Source: an uncultured Candidatus Saccharibacteria bacterium
Lineage (GTDB): Bacteria > Patescibacteriota > Minisyncoccia > Phycocordibacterales > SBAW01
Assembly: GCA_964650645.1 (NCBI GenBank)
Contig: CAZYUH010000001.1
Span: forward strand, 475,099 to 539,098
DNA length: 64,000 nucleotides
Direction: 5' to 3'
Each line of letters opens with the position of its first letter. Position 1 is the stretch's first letter. Below, in pieces: positions 1 to 10,489 of this stretch. The notes below the pieces were generated by a model, which was not told the origin of the DNA, searched no databases, and saw nothing but the letters and a program-made list of their open reading frames with translations. The position numbers and the translations under genes are program-made.

Positions 1-407
1 AGCTCGCTTAACAAATGCGGGGGAATCGCCGGCTCGCCGCTCCTGGGGTCGCTGTTGTATTTTTCATGTTGTATGCCAAGCTCATTGAGCGGATAAAACC
101 ACCAAAGGTTCCTGGCTTCCTCGATAAACTCCGGGTTGACATCGAAATTATCGCGATAGCCCTTCTCTGCGAGAAAGCACATCTCGCTCGCGGGTATGCG
201 CCAATCGCAATCGGTTATCGCTTTGGCTATCTTTTCAAGGTTCTCTTCGAAACGCGGGCGGGTGAGGAACGCGAGCACCTCCTCATTTCCTCCTCGCTCC
301 CGTATTTTCTTAATGAAGAGTTCGAGCAATCTCATGCCCATACCCATGCCGCGCACCATCGTTCCAACTTCCGTTCTTCTGGCCATTATGGCCTCCTGTG
401 CGCCCAT
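1..407 (-). CDS. hypothetical protein, N-terminal part (runs off the window start); possible acetyl-CoA-binding-like motif RGMGMG
   Basis: Reverse-strand ATG at 407..405; open to position 1; protein-like composition; not in the ORF track because it has no stop. The opposite-strand ORF 15..467 is low-complexity (HAHTHAAHH) and judged spurious. Confidence 0.3.
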   Translation of the reverse strand, partial: MGAQEAIMARRTEVGTMVRGMGMGMRLLELFIKKIRERGGNEEVLAFLTRPRFEENLEKIAKAITDCDWRIPASEMCFLAEKGYRDNFDVNPEFIEEARNLWWFYPLNELGIQHEKYNSDPRSGEPAIPPHLLSE

Positions 408-469
408 CCTGCCTCCCCAATGGAGACGCTCGGGTCTGTTGAAATTATACTATTTTTAAAAAATTAGTC

Positions 470-492
470 AAGCATCAAGAATGCTTTTTTTT
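470..492. terminator. rho-independent terminator (AAGCAT-caaga-ATGCTT + T8)
   Basis: 6-bp stem followed by tttttttt, directly downstream of the minus-strand gene ending at 494. Confidence 0.6.
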
Positions 493-493
493 G

Positions 494-1180
494 CTAGCGA
501 GCACCCGTCGTCGTCGCCTGCGTGGAGGAAGCGAGGGTCTCGAGCTCTGGGACGAGTTCCTGCACTTCGGCAAGGTTCTTGAAGCCGTAGACCGGCGCGT
601 GGCCGCCGACAACCATGGAGGGCAGCCTGCTGCCGTCCACCTTGTTGAGGTGTATGAGGGTCTTGAGCGCGCCGAGGTCGAGGTTGTAATCGAAGGAGTA
701 TACGCGAAGCGTGGGGTAGGTCTGGCGCAGGTAGGTGAGCACGTCGCCCTGGCGGCCGCAGTCCGTGCAGTCGCCCTCGTTGGAGTAGAAATAGAGTATG
801 AAGACGGGCTTCACCTTGGGGCACTTCTCGCTTATCTGGCGCATGAGGAGGTAGTCCTTCATCTGCAGGAGCGAGTACTGCTTCTTTATCTGTATCACTT
901 CCGCGTTGTCGATGCCCAGGTTCTGCTCGGCGACGCTGAGCCGGCCGGCGAGGTTGTTGAGCTCCTCGGAGAGGACCGGGTTCTGCGATATGGCGGCGCA
1001 GTCGAGGTTACCCAAAAGCTCGAACTGCGTCTCGGTCGAGAGGATGTCCACGGAAATCGCCTCCTGCGTGGTGCGGATGTCGGCCAGGCGCCTGGCGTCG
1101 AGCCTGGTCGTCAGGTAGAAAGCCGTGCCGAATATGGCGACCGTGATGATGAATGATAGGAGGTATTTTTGCCAGGCCAT
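494..1180 (-). CDS. membrane-anchored thioredoxin-fold protein (CxxC = CTDC)
   Basis: Internal ATG at 1180 gives MAWQKYLLSFIITVAIFGTAFYL (N-terminal TM); motif SNEGDCTDCG; 16 nt downstream of the GT2 gene, so same operon. Confidence 0.55.
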   Translation of the reverse strand: MAWQKYLLSFIITVAIFGTAFYLTTRLDARRLADIRTTQEAISVDILSTETQFELLGNLDCAAISQNPVLSEELNNLAGRLSVAEQNLGIDNAEVIQIKKQYSLLQMKDYLLMRQISEKCPKVKPVFILYFYSNEGDCTDCGRQGDVLTYLRQTYPTLRVYSFDYNLDLGALKTLIHLNKVDGSRLPSMVVGGHAPVYGFKNLAEVQELVPELETLASSTQATTTGAR

Positions 1181-1196
1181 AGCGTTTAAGGGCGTA

Positions 1197-2432
1197 TTAG
1201 GTGAGCCACCCGCGCTCGCGGGACAGCGCCGCGTCCCACGCGGCGCGCGCGAGCCACATCGGCGCCAAAAGCCCGAAGAGGAAGAAATAGGAGACAAGGT
1301 GCTTGGCGTCGAGCCGGCTGCCGGCGATGCGCTGGCCCAGAAGGACCGCGACGAGGGTCATGAGGAACATGACGACCATCAGGAAGAGCATCATGCCCGT
1401 GTTGAGGTAGAACCAGTCGAACTGGAAGTGCGGCAGGCGGGGCGGTATGCCGGTCAGGTAGTAGTTCGCCGCCTTTTCAATGCCGGCGCTCGCGAGATGG
1501 TAGGCGAGGTAGCACGCGCTGTAGAGGCCCATCGCGAAGGCCGCGAGCCCGAAGGGCAATACCAGCATCCCGAAGTTCCCGTACTTGCGGTTGAAGTACA
1601 TGTGCGCGTAGTCGCGCGAGTTCTCGAGGAATCCGCGCGACCAGCGGGTGCGCTGGCGTATGAGCGCCGGCACCGTGGTGGGCACGTTGGTGTGCACGAG
1701 CGCCGTGTGCACGTTCACCAGCTTGAGCCCGTGCATGTGCATGCGGAAGGCCATCTCCATGTCTTCCGTATGGTGCGCGCGGCGGAAGGGACCCACGATA
1801 TCAAAGAGCGCGCGCCGGTAGATGGAGAACGGCCCGGGCAGGACCGATATCGCGTTCATGTTGTCGAACATCTTCTTGTAGAAGATGCCGAAGGTGTACT
1901 CGACCGCCTGCATGAGCTCGAGCATGGTGCGCGGCTGGTTGACCTTCATGGAAGGGGCGGCGGCGTACGCCTCCGGGTCGGCCTCGAACGCCTTTACCAT
2001 CTCTATGAGGGCGTCCTTCTCCACGAACGAGTCGGCGTCGAGGCAGCCCACGAGCTCCGAGTCGGTGTGCGCGAGCCCGAAGTTGAGCGCCGAGAACTTG
2101 CTGCCCTCGTTCTCCTTCCGGTAGAGCTTCACCTGCGGGTTGCTCGCGAACTCCTGCGCGGCCTCCCACGTGTTGTCGGTCGAGCCGTCGTCGATGATGA
2201 CGATGGAAAGCTTGTCCTTGGGGTAGTCAAGCTGGAGGAGTGAATGGATGGTGGGGGCGAGCGTCGCGCCCTTGTTCCAGCAGGGCACCAATACGGCCAC
2301 GGTGGGGTAGCGCTTGGGGAGGCCGGGGGACTTCACCTCGGGGCGCTTCTCGAAGAAGGAAATGAGCAGAAACACCTCGAAGAAGAGGGCGAAAAAGAGG
2401 GCTGCATATACGCCGAGGGCGCCCGCATCCAT
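1197..2432 (-). CDS. family-2 glycosyltransferase (processive, NodC/cellulose-synthase-like) with C-terminal TM helices
   Basis: DxD-type motif LDADS, QRTRWSRG (QxxRW) motif, multiple C-terminal hydrophobic segments; start placed at ATG 2432 (MDAGALGVYAALFF); track start 2462 is a GTG. Confidence 0.8.
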   Translation of the reverse strand: MDAGALGVYAALFFALFFEVFLLISFFEKRPEVKSPGLPKRYPTVAVLVPCWNKGATLAPTIHSLLQLDYPKDKLSIVIIDDGSTDNTWEAAQEFASNPQVKLYRKENEGSKFSALNFGLAHTDSELVGCLDADSFVEKDALIEMVKAFEADPEAYAAAPSMKVNQPRTMLELMQAVEYTFGIFYKKMFDNMNAISVLPGPFSIYRRALFDIVGPFRRAHHTEDMEMAFRMHMHGLKLVNVHTALVHTNVPTTVPALIRQRTRWSRGFLENSRDYAHMYFNRKYGNFGMLVLPFGLAAFAMGLYSACYLAYHLASAGIEKAANYYLTGIPPRLPHFQFDWFYLNTGMMLFLMVVMFLMTLVAVLLGQRIAGSRLDAKHLVSYFFLFGLLAPMWLARAAWDAALSRERGWLT

Positions 2433-2485
2433 AACCGCCCCACTATAGCATTTTTCGCCCACTTAGGCCATACTTTGGTGGATAT

Positions 2486-3247
2486 ATGCAAGAGCAGACG
2501 CCCGATACCCCGCCGGCCGCAGAACGGGGCCACATCCACCCTATTTCAAGCCTCATCCGGGAGGCCAATCGTATCTTTTTTAACATGGGCTTCACGCTCG
2601 TTGACGGCCCGCTTATAGAAAGCGAGCATTACAACTTCGACGCGCTCAACGTGCCCAAGGACCATCCGGCGCGCGACATGCAGGACACGTTCTTCGTAAA
2701 GGACATGCCCGGGCACGTGCTGCGTACCCATACCTCGGGCCTGCAGATACGCTATATGACCGAGCAGATGCGCAAAGGTGTACTGCCGCCGTACCGCGTC
2801 ATCGCGCCGGGCAAGGTGTTTCGCAATGAGGCGACAGACATGACGCACGAGGCCGAGTTCTTCCAGATAGAAGGCCTTGCCGTGGGGGAGGACATAAGCC
2901 TCGCGCACCTGAAGGGCACGCTCTCCAAATTCTGCAGCGAGATATTCAAGGGTTCCGCGGAGATACGCTTCCGCCCGTCGTTCTTCCCCTTCACCGAGCC
3001 CAGCATCGAGTTCGACGTCCGCGCGGTAGGGGATGACGTTCCGGAGAAGCTGCGCGGCAGGTGGATAGAGCTTGGCGGCGCGGGCATGATACACCCCAAA
3101 GTGCTCGAGGCGTGCGGCGTGGACTCGAAAAAGTACCGGGGATGGGCCTTCGGTCCCGGCCTCGACCGCTTCGCCATGCTCAGGTGGGGCATTGATGACG
3201 TGCGCCTGATGCACTCGGCCGACCTGCGCTTCATCAACCAGTTCTAA
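2486..3247 (+). CDS. pheS: phenylalanine--tRNA ligase alpha subunit, catalytic core only (253 aa)
   Basis: Motifs FFVKDMP...RTHTS, FRNEA, FQIEG, PSFFPFTEPS, GWAFGPGLDR typical of PheS; lacks the N-terminal extension. Confidence 0.9.
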   Translation: MQEQTPDTPPAAERGHIHPISSLIREANRIFFNMGFTLVDGPLIESEHYNFDALNVPKDHPARDMQDTFFVKDMPGHVLRTHTSGLQIRYMTEQMRKGVLPPYRVIAPGKVFRNEATDMTHEAEFFQIEGLAVGEDISLAHLKGTLSKFCSEIFKGSAEIRFRPSFFPFTEPSIEFDVRAVGDDVPEKLRGRWIELGGAGMIHPKVLEACGVDSKKYRGWAFGPGLDRFAMLRWGIDDVRLMHSADLRFINQF

Positions 3248-3250
3248 ATT

Positions 3251-5032
3251 ATGAAAGTATCCCGCAATTGGCTCCAGAAATTCTTCGATGAACCGCTGCC
3301 CGACGCGCAGGCGCTGTCCGATGCGCTCACGTTCCACGTATTCGAGATAGACGGGATAGAAAAGCGCGGCGACGACGACATTCTCGACGTCAAGGTAACG
3401 GCCAACCGCGGGCACGACTGCCTGTGCCACCGCGGAATCGCCAAGGAGCTCTCGGCCATCCTCAGGCTGCCTCTCAAGGACGACCCGTTCGCGCTGCAGT
3501 TCGACATGTCGAAGAAGGCGGAAGCGGTGACCCTCAGCATAGAAGATCCGGCGCTGTGCCGCCGCTACATTGCCGGGCATTTCACCGGCGTGAAGGTGGG
3601 CCCGAGTCCCGCGTGGCTCTCGCAGGCGCTCGAGGCGATGGGCCAGCGAAGCGTCAACAACGTGGTGGACATGACCAATCTCGTGATGTTCAACACGGGC
3701 CAGCCGCTGCACGCGTTCGACGCCAAGCGCCTCGGCTCTCTAAATATCGGCGTGCGCGCCGCGCGCGAGGGTGAATCGCTTGAAGCTTTGGATAAAAAGA
3801 CATACGAGCTTAATTCTTCGCAGCTGGTCATTGCCGCGGCCGGCAGGCCGGTGGGCATCGCGGGCGTCAAGGGCGGCGAGGCCGACAGGATAGACGAGAG
3901 CACGACAGATGTCATCATCGAGGCGGCGACCTTTGACGGCGTCGCCGTGCGCCGGGCGGCCCAGGCGCTCAAGCTGCGCACCGACGCCTCGAGCAGGTTC
4001 GAGCAGGGACTAAGCCCGTACCTGGCCGAGGTCGGCATGCGCCAGATGGCCAAGCTGCTCGTGGATCTTGCCGGCGCTACGTGCGAGGGCTTCGTCGATA
4101 TGTATCCCGATCCGCAGAAGCAGGCGTACGTCGCGGTCACGGTCGAGAAGATAAACGCGGTGCTGGGCACGGCGCTTACCGGCGCGGATATTGCGGACGC
4201 GTTCGCGCGCCTGGGCTTTGCATACAAGGAAGAAGACGGCGTGTTCGAGGTCCAGCCGCCGCCCGAGCGCCTCGATATAACGATCGCCGAAGACCTTATA
4301 GAAGAAGTGGCGCGCATCGTCGGCTACGACAAGATTCCGGCAATCCCGCTGCCTGCGCCCGCCGCGGCGCCGGAAATAAGCAAGAACTTTTACGCGGCGG
4401 AAAAGGCCCGCGAGGAGTGGACGGCCAAGGGCTACAGCGAGGTGTTCACGTCCGTGTTCGCCGACCGCGGCGAGCGCGTCGTGCTCAACAAGGTGGACGG
4501 CGTGCGCCCGTACTTGCGCGACTCGCTCATCCCGGGGCTTACCGCCGCGCTCGCAAAAAACAAGCCCAACCGCGACCTCCTGGGCCTTAAGGAAATAAGG
4601 CTGTTTGAAATCGGCACGGTCTGGAAGGGTGGCAAGGAAGCCGTGATGCTCGGCACGGTGAGCGAGAAGGAGAAAGCGGCCGAGGTGCCGCTGGTCGGGG
4701 CCGAAACCCCCGAAGCGTACGACGACCTCCCGCTCTCGCAGGCGGCGCGCTACAGCGCCTTCTCGAAGTACCCCTGCATCGTGCGCGACATCGCCGTGTG
4801 GGTCCCGCCCGACACCAGCGCCGAGGCGTTCAAAGAGAACGTGCGGGCCGAGGCGGGCGAATTGCTTCAAAATATATTCCTGTTCGACACGTTTTCAAAA
4901 GAGGGGAGGGTGTCGCTCGCGCTGCGCCTGGTGTTCCAGTCGTTCGAGCGCACGCTCACCGAGGCAGAGGCGAATGCCGCGATGGAGAGGGTCGCGTCAA
5001 AGCTCAGGGCGCAGGGTTTCGAAATACGATAA
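3251..5032 (+). CDS. pheT: phenylalanine--tRNA ligase beta subunit (short, 593 aa)
   Basis: Starts MKVSRNWLQKFFDEPLP, 4 nt after the pheS stop; B3/4 and B5 region similarity; short C-terminus. Confidence 0.88.
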   Translation: MKVSRNWLQKFFDEPLPDAQALSDALTFHVFEIDGIEKRGDDDILDVKVTANRGHDCLCHRGIAKELSAILRLPLKDDPFALQFDMSKKAEAVTLSIEDPALCRRYIAGHFTGVKVGPSPAWLSQALEAMGQRSVNNVVDMTNLVMFNTGQPLHAFDAKRLGSLNIGVRAAREGESLEALDKKTYELNSSQLVIAAAGRPVGIAGVKGGEADRIDESTTDVIIEAATFDGVAVRRAAQALKLRTDASSRFEQGLSPYLAEVGMRQMAKLLVDLAGATCEGFVDMYPDPQKQAYVAVTVEKINAVLGTALTGADIADAFARLGFAYKEEDGVFEVQPPPERLDITIAEDLIEEVARIVGYDKIPAIPLPAPAAAPEISKNFYAAEKAREEWTAKGYSEVFTSVFADRGERVVLNKVDGVRPYLRDSLIPGLTAALAKNKPNRDLLGLKEIRLFEIGTVWKGGKEAVMLGTVSEKEKAAEVPLVGAETPEAYDDLPLSQAARYSAFSKYPCIVRDIAVWVPPDTSAEAFKENVRAEAGELLQNIFLFDTFSKEGRVSLALRLVFQSFERTLTEAEANAAMERVASKLRAQGFEIR

Positions 5033-5041
5033 GTAAGGAAT

Positions 5042-5072
5042 CCCCGGACCTGTCAGGTCCGGGGATTTTCTC
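5042..5072. terminator. bidirectional intrinsic terminator (CCCCGGACC-tgtca-GGTCCGGGG + ATTTTCTC)
   Basis: Perfect 9-bp GC stem between convergent pheT (+) and the 151-aa gene (-). Confidence 0.7.
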
Positions 5073-5080
5073 GGCCGCCC

Positions 5081-5536
5081 TTACGAACAGGGGCGGTACA
5101 TGCTCCTCAGGCTCTCTCCCTTAAGCCATAGCAGTTTGCCGCCCGGAGGCGGAAGCCCGCCGCGGGCGTATATCCAGCGCCGCACGGGCGCGGGATACAG
5201 GTCAAGCAGGAAGGCTGTCGCCTCGGCGTCGGGAACGGAGACCGCTGCGCCGTACTGGGCCCGGCCTTCCCTCCATGCCTGGTGGAAGCCGAGCCTCGCC
5301 CGGGGCGTGACGCATATGCGATCCTGCGGCATGATGCCCAGGACGATGGTGCATGCCGATTTGCATGAGCCGTCTATCATCACCGCCTTGCCCGAGTTTC
5401 GAACGGCCTCGTATTTCTCAACGTAGTCGCCTATGCGCCCTCCGTCGTCACCGGCTATTACCGTTACGAAGCGGGCCTCGGCCGCCAGTGGAAATGAACC
5501 AAGCAGGCACAGCGCGAGCGCGAGCCTCTGCAGCAT
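5081..5536 (-). CDS. secreted hypothetical protein (151 aa, signal peptide MLQRLALALCLLGSFPLAAEA)
   Basis: Internal ATG at 5536 preceded by AGGAG (spacing about 7); signal peptide followed by a Cys-containing soluble domain. The upstream part of the listed 409-aa ORF is Arg-rich junk. Confidence 0.5.
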   Translation of the reverse strand: MLQRLALALCLLGSFPLAAEARFVTVIAGDDGGRIGDYVEKYEAVRNSGKAVMIDGSCKSACTIVLGIMPQDRICVTPRARLGFHQAWREGRAQYGAAVSVPDAEATAFLLDLYPAPVRRWIYARGGLPPPGGKLLWLKGESLRSMYRPCS

Positions 5537-5608
5537 GTCTCTACTCCTGTTATGAAGGGTCCGATCCTGCAAAAACCATAGCATATGCCCGCGTTCGCGC
5601 AAAAAAGA

Positions 5609-5633
5609 ATCCCCGGGCCTTTCGGTCCGGGGA
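5609..5633. terminator. intrinsic terminator hairpin, near-copy of the 5042 hairpin (CCCCGGGCC-tttc-GGTCCGGGG)
   Basis: GC stem with one G:T wobble, downstream of the minus gene 5653..6231. Confidence 0.5.
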
Positions 5634-5652
5634 TGCGCCGCTCGTCTTGGGG

Positions 5653-6231
5653 CTATTGTTCGGGGATGATTTCCTCTCCGTCGTATATGAGCACCGTGTA
5701 GCTTCCGCGCGGCGTGACGCACGTGATGATAGGGTCGGGCCCTATGGTCTTGATAGTAAACGAGCTGTCCGGAATGGCCGCGCGTATCCGCAGGAGCAGG
5801 TCGCGCGCGAAGTCCGGCACGCGGCGCTCTTCGCGCCTTTCGATGTACGTCCCGTCGCTCTCGAGCCGGTGCGTAGCCCATTCCGATGAGGGGCGGCACA
5901 GCGTGCGGCCCAGGAGCGTGAACGCGAGCGCCGGCATCGCTGCGGCGGACAGGATCGTGACGCATACGAGGGCCATGCTGTCCCCGTATCCTCCAAGAGC
6001 CGCTTCTCCCGCCGCAACGGTTAAGCAGAATACGGCGACCGATGCGAAGAAACGTATGGTGTCTGACCATGCATCGCCCATGCGCCGCGCGATGAGGCCC
6101 GGCGGGTGCTTGAGAAGCTCGGCGTCCATATAGCGCTGCACGTATCCGTCGTCGTATATGCATGCTCCGGCCGCCTCTAAGAGGGTTGCGTCGCTTGCAC
6201 GGTCTTCCTTGCGGTACCCGGGCTGGGTCAT
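5653..6231 (-). CDS. hypothetical membrane protein (2 TM)
   Basis: ATG 6231 preceded by AGGAGCGACTG; TM segments ASVAVFCLTVAAG and ALVCVTILSAAAMPALAFTLLG. Confidence 0.5.
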   Translation of the reverse strand: MTQPGYRKEDRASDATLLEAAGACIYDDGYVQRYMDAELLKHPPGLIARRMGDAWSDTIRFFASVAVFCLTVAAGEAALGGYGDSMALVCVTILSAAAMPALAFTLLGRTLCRPSSEWATHRLESDGTYIERREERRVPDFARDLLLRIRAAIPDSSFTIKTIGPDPIITCVTPRGSYTVLIYDGEEIIPEQ

Positions 6232-6411
6232 CAGTCGCTCCTATGTTTTGGGGTGTGTCCGGACCCACCATAGCACGGCGCGCTGCGCGCGCAATGCGCG
6301 GCGCCGCCACGGCCTATCCAAGCGCTTTTTATTTGACCATAAAAGCCTTATATAGCAAGGCTTTTTGCGCACCGCCGTCCGTGCAGAGGGGCTCGGAATT
6401 TGGTATACTAA

Positions 6412-8484
<2,073 letters not shown>

Positions 8485-8592
8485 CTCCGTAAAAGCAAGC
8501 GTTCCGGAGTGCGGGAATTTTTTGCTAAAAATTCCCTAACCTCGATTCCGTCGAATCTACGGACACTCCGGAACGCTTGCTTTTGCTCCGTA
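8485..8592. repeat. MITE-like palindromic element: 21-bp near-perfect terminal inverted repeats (AAAAGCAAGCGTTCCGGAGTG / CACTCCGGAACGCTTGCTTTT) flanked by direct CTCCGTA, with a nested 10-bp hairpin
   Basis: Seen directly: arms at 8491-8512 and 8564-8584, direct CTCCGTA at 8485-8491 and 8586-8592, inner GGGAATTTTT-tgct-AAAAATTCCC hairpin; begins right after the gyrB stop codon. Confidence 0.5.
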
Positions 8593-8594
8593 CC

Positions 8595-8627
8595 AAAAAA
8601 CTCCCCGGATATTCCGGGGAGTTTTTT
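8595..8627. terminator. bidirectional terminator (A6-CTCCCCGG-atat-CCGGGGAG-T6)
   Basis: Perfect hairpin flanked by an A-tract and a T-tract between gyrB (+) and the CARDB gene (-). Confidence 0.75.
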
Positions 8628-8654
8628 GCATAGCGTATGTTATTCCGCGAAGCC

Positions 8655-9620
8655 CTAGAACACCTGGTAGGTCGTAACCGCGGTGTTGTTGTAGTCGCTC
8701 GACTCCTGCACCTGGTTCATGGGGTCGACCTCGATGGTCGCCTGGGCCTGGCCGCCGTAGTAGCCGCCCTGCGCCGGCACGACGTCGTAGCCGAGCGTGT
8801 AGACTATCCTGTCGCCCGGGTAGAGCATCTGCTGGCCGCCCGAAGGATAGACGTAGAGGGGCTGGTAGGGAAGCACGGCGTTGAAGGTCCAGCCCGCGGG
8901 CGCCGCGTTGGTGCCGATGTTGGTGATGACGAACTGGAGGCTGATGCGCGAGCCCGCCTGCGCCTGCGTCGGAGCGGCGGTAATCTGCACCGCGAGGTCG
9001 GGCGCGCCGTAAAGATTCTGGGTGCGGCCCGACGGGACGTAAGTCGTCGCGGGCTTGGCGGGCGTCACCGGCTTTGCAGCGGGGGCGGCCGGCTTGGGCT
9101 CGGCGGGCGCGGCCGGGGCGGCTGCGGGCGTGGTGCTCGCGCTCACGGTCGTCTTCGCCGTCCCTTTTACCGCTATGGTGCCGTCGGAGAGGCGGGTCGC
9201 GGCGACGGTAAGCGTGGTCGACGCCTCCTTAACGCCCGGCGCGAGCACGGGGATTATCGGCATGGACGAGGTCGCGTTCACGTAATTGAACGGCGTGTCG
9301 CACTTCACGAGCTGGAAGGCGCCGGTAGGGACGGGCGCGGCGAACGCGAGGCCCGGGGAGCAGGCGTAGGAAACGGCGTACGAGTACTCGCCGTCCTTGC
9401 CCGCATGCTTCCATGAAAGAGGGAACGCCTTGTCGGATACCGACTGCGCGGGGGCGGACGCGGTCAGGGTCTCCTTGGTCTGGCCGATGGAGCCGAAGAA
9501 CGTGGGGAGGTAGAACGCGAGCTGGATAATGCCCCATGCGCCCAGCAATAAAATAGCTATCAGGCCGATGACGGCTATGACGCGCAGGAAGTTCTCCCGG
9601 AACGTAGGTGTGGGTGCCAT
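8655..9620 (-). CDS. membrane-anchored surface protein with Pro/Ala/Thr-rich linker and C-terminal CARDB-like domain
   Basis: Internal ATG 9620 (MAPTPTFRENFLRVIAVIGLIAILLLGAWG signal anchor); linker AAPAAPAEPKPAAPAAKPVTPAKP; C-terminal pattern DLAVQITAAP...ITNIGTNAAP...EVDPMNQVQESSDYNNTA resembles CARDB. Confidence 0.55.
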   Translation of the reverse strand: MAPTPTFRENFLRVIAVIGLIAILLLGAWGIIQLAFYLPTFFGSIGQTKETLTASAPAQSVSDKAFPLSWKHAGKDGEYSYAVSYACSPGLAFAAPVPTGAFQLVKCDTPFNYVNATSSMPIIPVLAPGVKEASTTLTVAATRLSDGTIAVKGTAKTTVSASTTPAAAPAAPAEPKPAAPAAKPVTPAKPATTYVPSGRTQNLYGAPDLAVQITAAPTQAQAGSRISLQFVITNIGTNAAPAGWTFNAVLPYQPLYVYPSGGQQMLYPGDRIVYTLGYDVVPAQGGYYGGQAQATIEVDPMNQVQESSDYNNTAVTTYQVF

Positions 9621-9695
9621 GGGCGGCACTGTAGCATGGCCGTATGCTCTTGTCAATAATCGTAAAAAGTGGTATAACGCTGGTACACACACCGT

Positions 9696-10292
9696 ATGCG
9701 CGCCCTCGCTTTCGCCGCCACCTTCATATGCTTCTTCTTCATGACCTACGCCTTTCTGGGGCTGGTCGACGCCCTGCCTAATCCGCCGGAGTCTGCTGAC
9801 ACCGCGTCGCGCGAGCCTGCCAGCGCGCCGGAGCCTGTCGCGCAGGATGCGCGCGAATTGCCGGTGCGCGTCGTGGTAAAGGACGCGGGCATAGACTCCA
9901 AGGTGCTCAACCCGGCCTCGACCGACCTCGATACGCTTAACGCCGCAGTGGACGAGGCGGCGATGCGCTGGCCCACCTCGGGCCTGCTTGGCCAGAACGG
10001 CACCGTGGCGCTCTTCGGCCACTCGTCGCATTTGCCGGTGGTCTACAACCAGGCGTACAAGACGTTCAACGGGATAGAGCACCTCAAGAAGGGCCAGATC
10101 GTGAGCGTCTATTCGGGCACGGCCGAATACCGCTACGCGGTTACGGGCGTGCGCGTCGCCAGCGCCGAGGAGGACGTCGTCGAGCTTCCGTCCGACGGGA
10201 AGCACCTCGTGCTCATCACCTGCGACAATTTCGGCAGCAAGTCCGACCGCTATGTCGTGACCGCGGATTTCCAGGGCGCGTACGCCCTTTAG
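9696..10292 (+). CDS. sortase-family transpeptidase
   Basis: N-terminal TM; catalytic-triad context ALFGHSS (His), LVLITCDNF (TLxTC Cys), downstream Arg (DRYVVTA); divergent from the CARDB gene. Confidence 0.7.
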   Translation: MRALAFAATFICFFFMTYAFLGLVDALPNPPESADTASREPASAPEPVAQDARELPVRVVVKDAGIDSKVLNPASTDLDTLNAAVDEAAMRWPTSGLLGQNGTVALFGHSSHLPVVYNQAYKTFNGIEHLKKGQIVSVYSGTAEYRYAVTGVRVASAEEDVVELPSDGKHLVLITCDNFGSKSDRYVVTADFQGAYAL

Positions 10293-10334
10293 GCTCTTAA
10301 AATAAGGACATTTTAATCGTCCTGTAGCAAGATA

Positions 10335-10363
10335 TTGACAAAAGGGGTCTAAGGTGATATACT
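10335..10363 (+). promoter_or_regulatory. consensus sigma70 promoter TTGACA-17-TATACT
   Basis: TTGACA 10335-10340, TATACT 10358-10363; about 160 nt upstream of the 10527 ATG. Confidence 0.7.
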
Positions 10364-10423
10364 CAACCTAATACTGCTCTTGGGGATTTTGGGGAGCACG
10401 CGTTGTAGGGGAGCGTTTGGACG

Positions 10424-10489
10424 GCTGGCAAGCCGTACAGGCGCTTTCCTGTAATGGGAAATGCGCCTTGCCGCGGGGCTTAGCCGCGG
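10424..10489 (+). promoter_or_regulatory. structured 5'-leader element related to the 28257 and 53983 repeats (GGCAAGC...GCTTGCC outer stem enclosing a CTTTCC-loop-GGAAA hairpin, then a CCGCGG hairpin)
   Basis: CTGGCAAGCCGTACAGGCGCTTTCCTGTAATGGGAAATGCGCCTTGCCG matches the core of elements A and B. Confidence 0.4.

Noticed and set aside
15-467. 150-aa + ORF at the window start
   Set aside because: Low-complexity (HAHTHAAHH), no RBS; the opposite strand encodes a more protein-like N-terminal fragment (1..407).
5081-6310. 409-aa minus ORF
   Set aside because: Only the C-terminal 151 aa (from ATG 5536 with an AGGAG RBS) looks like a protein. The N-terminal 258 aa is Arg/Pro/His-rich junk overlapping the real membrane-protein gene 5653..6231 in another frame.
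8530-8570. T-loop-like TCCGT-CGAATCT-ACGGA hairpin, considered as a tRNA fragment
   Set aside because: No acceptor stem, D-arm or anticodon arm can be drawn; it lies inside the palindromic MITE-like element.
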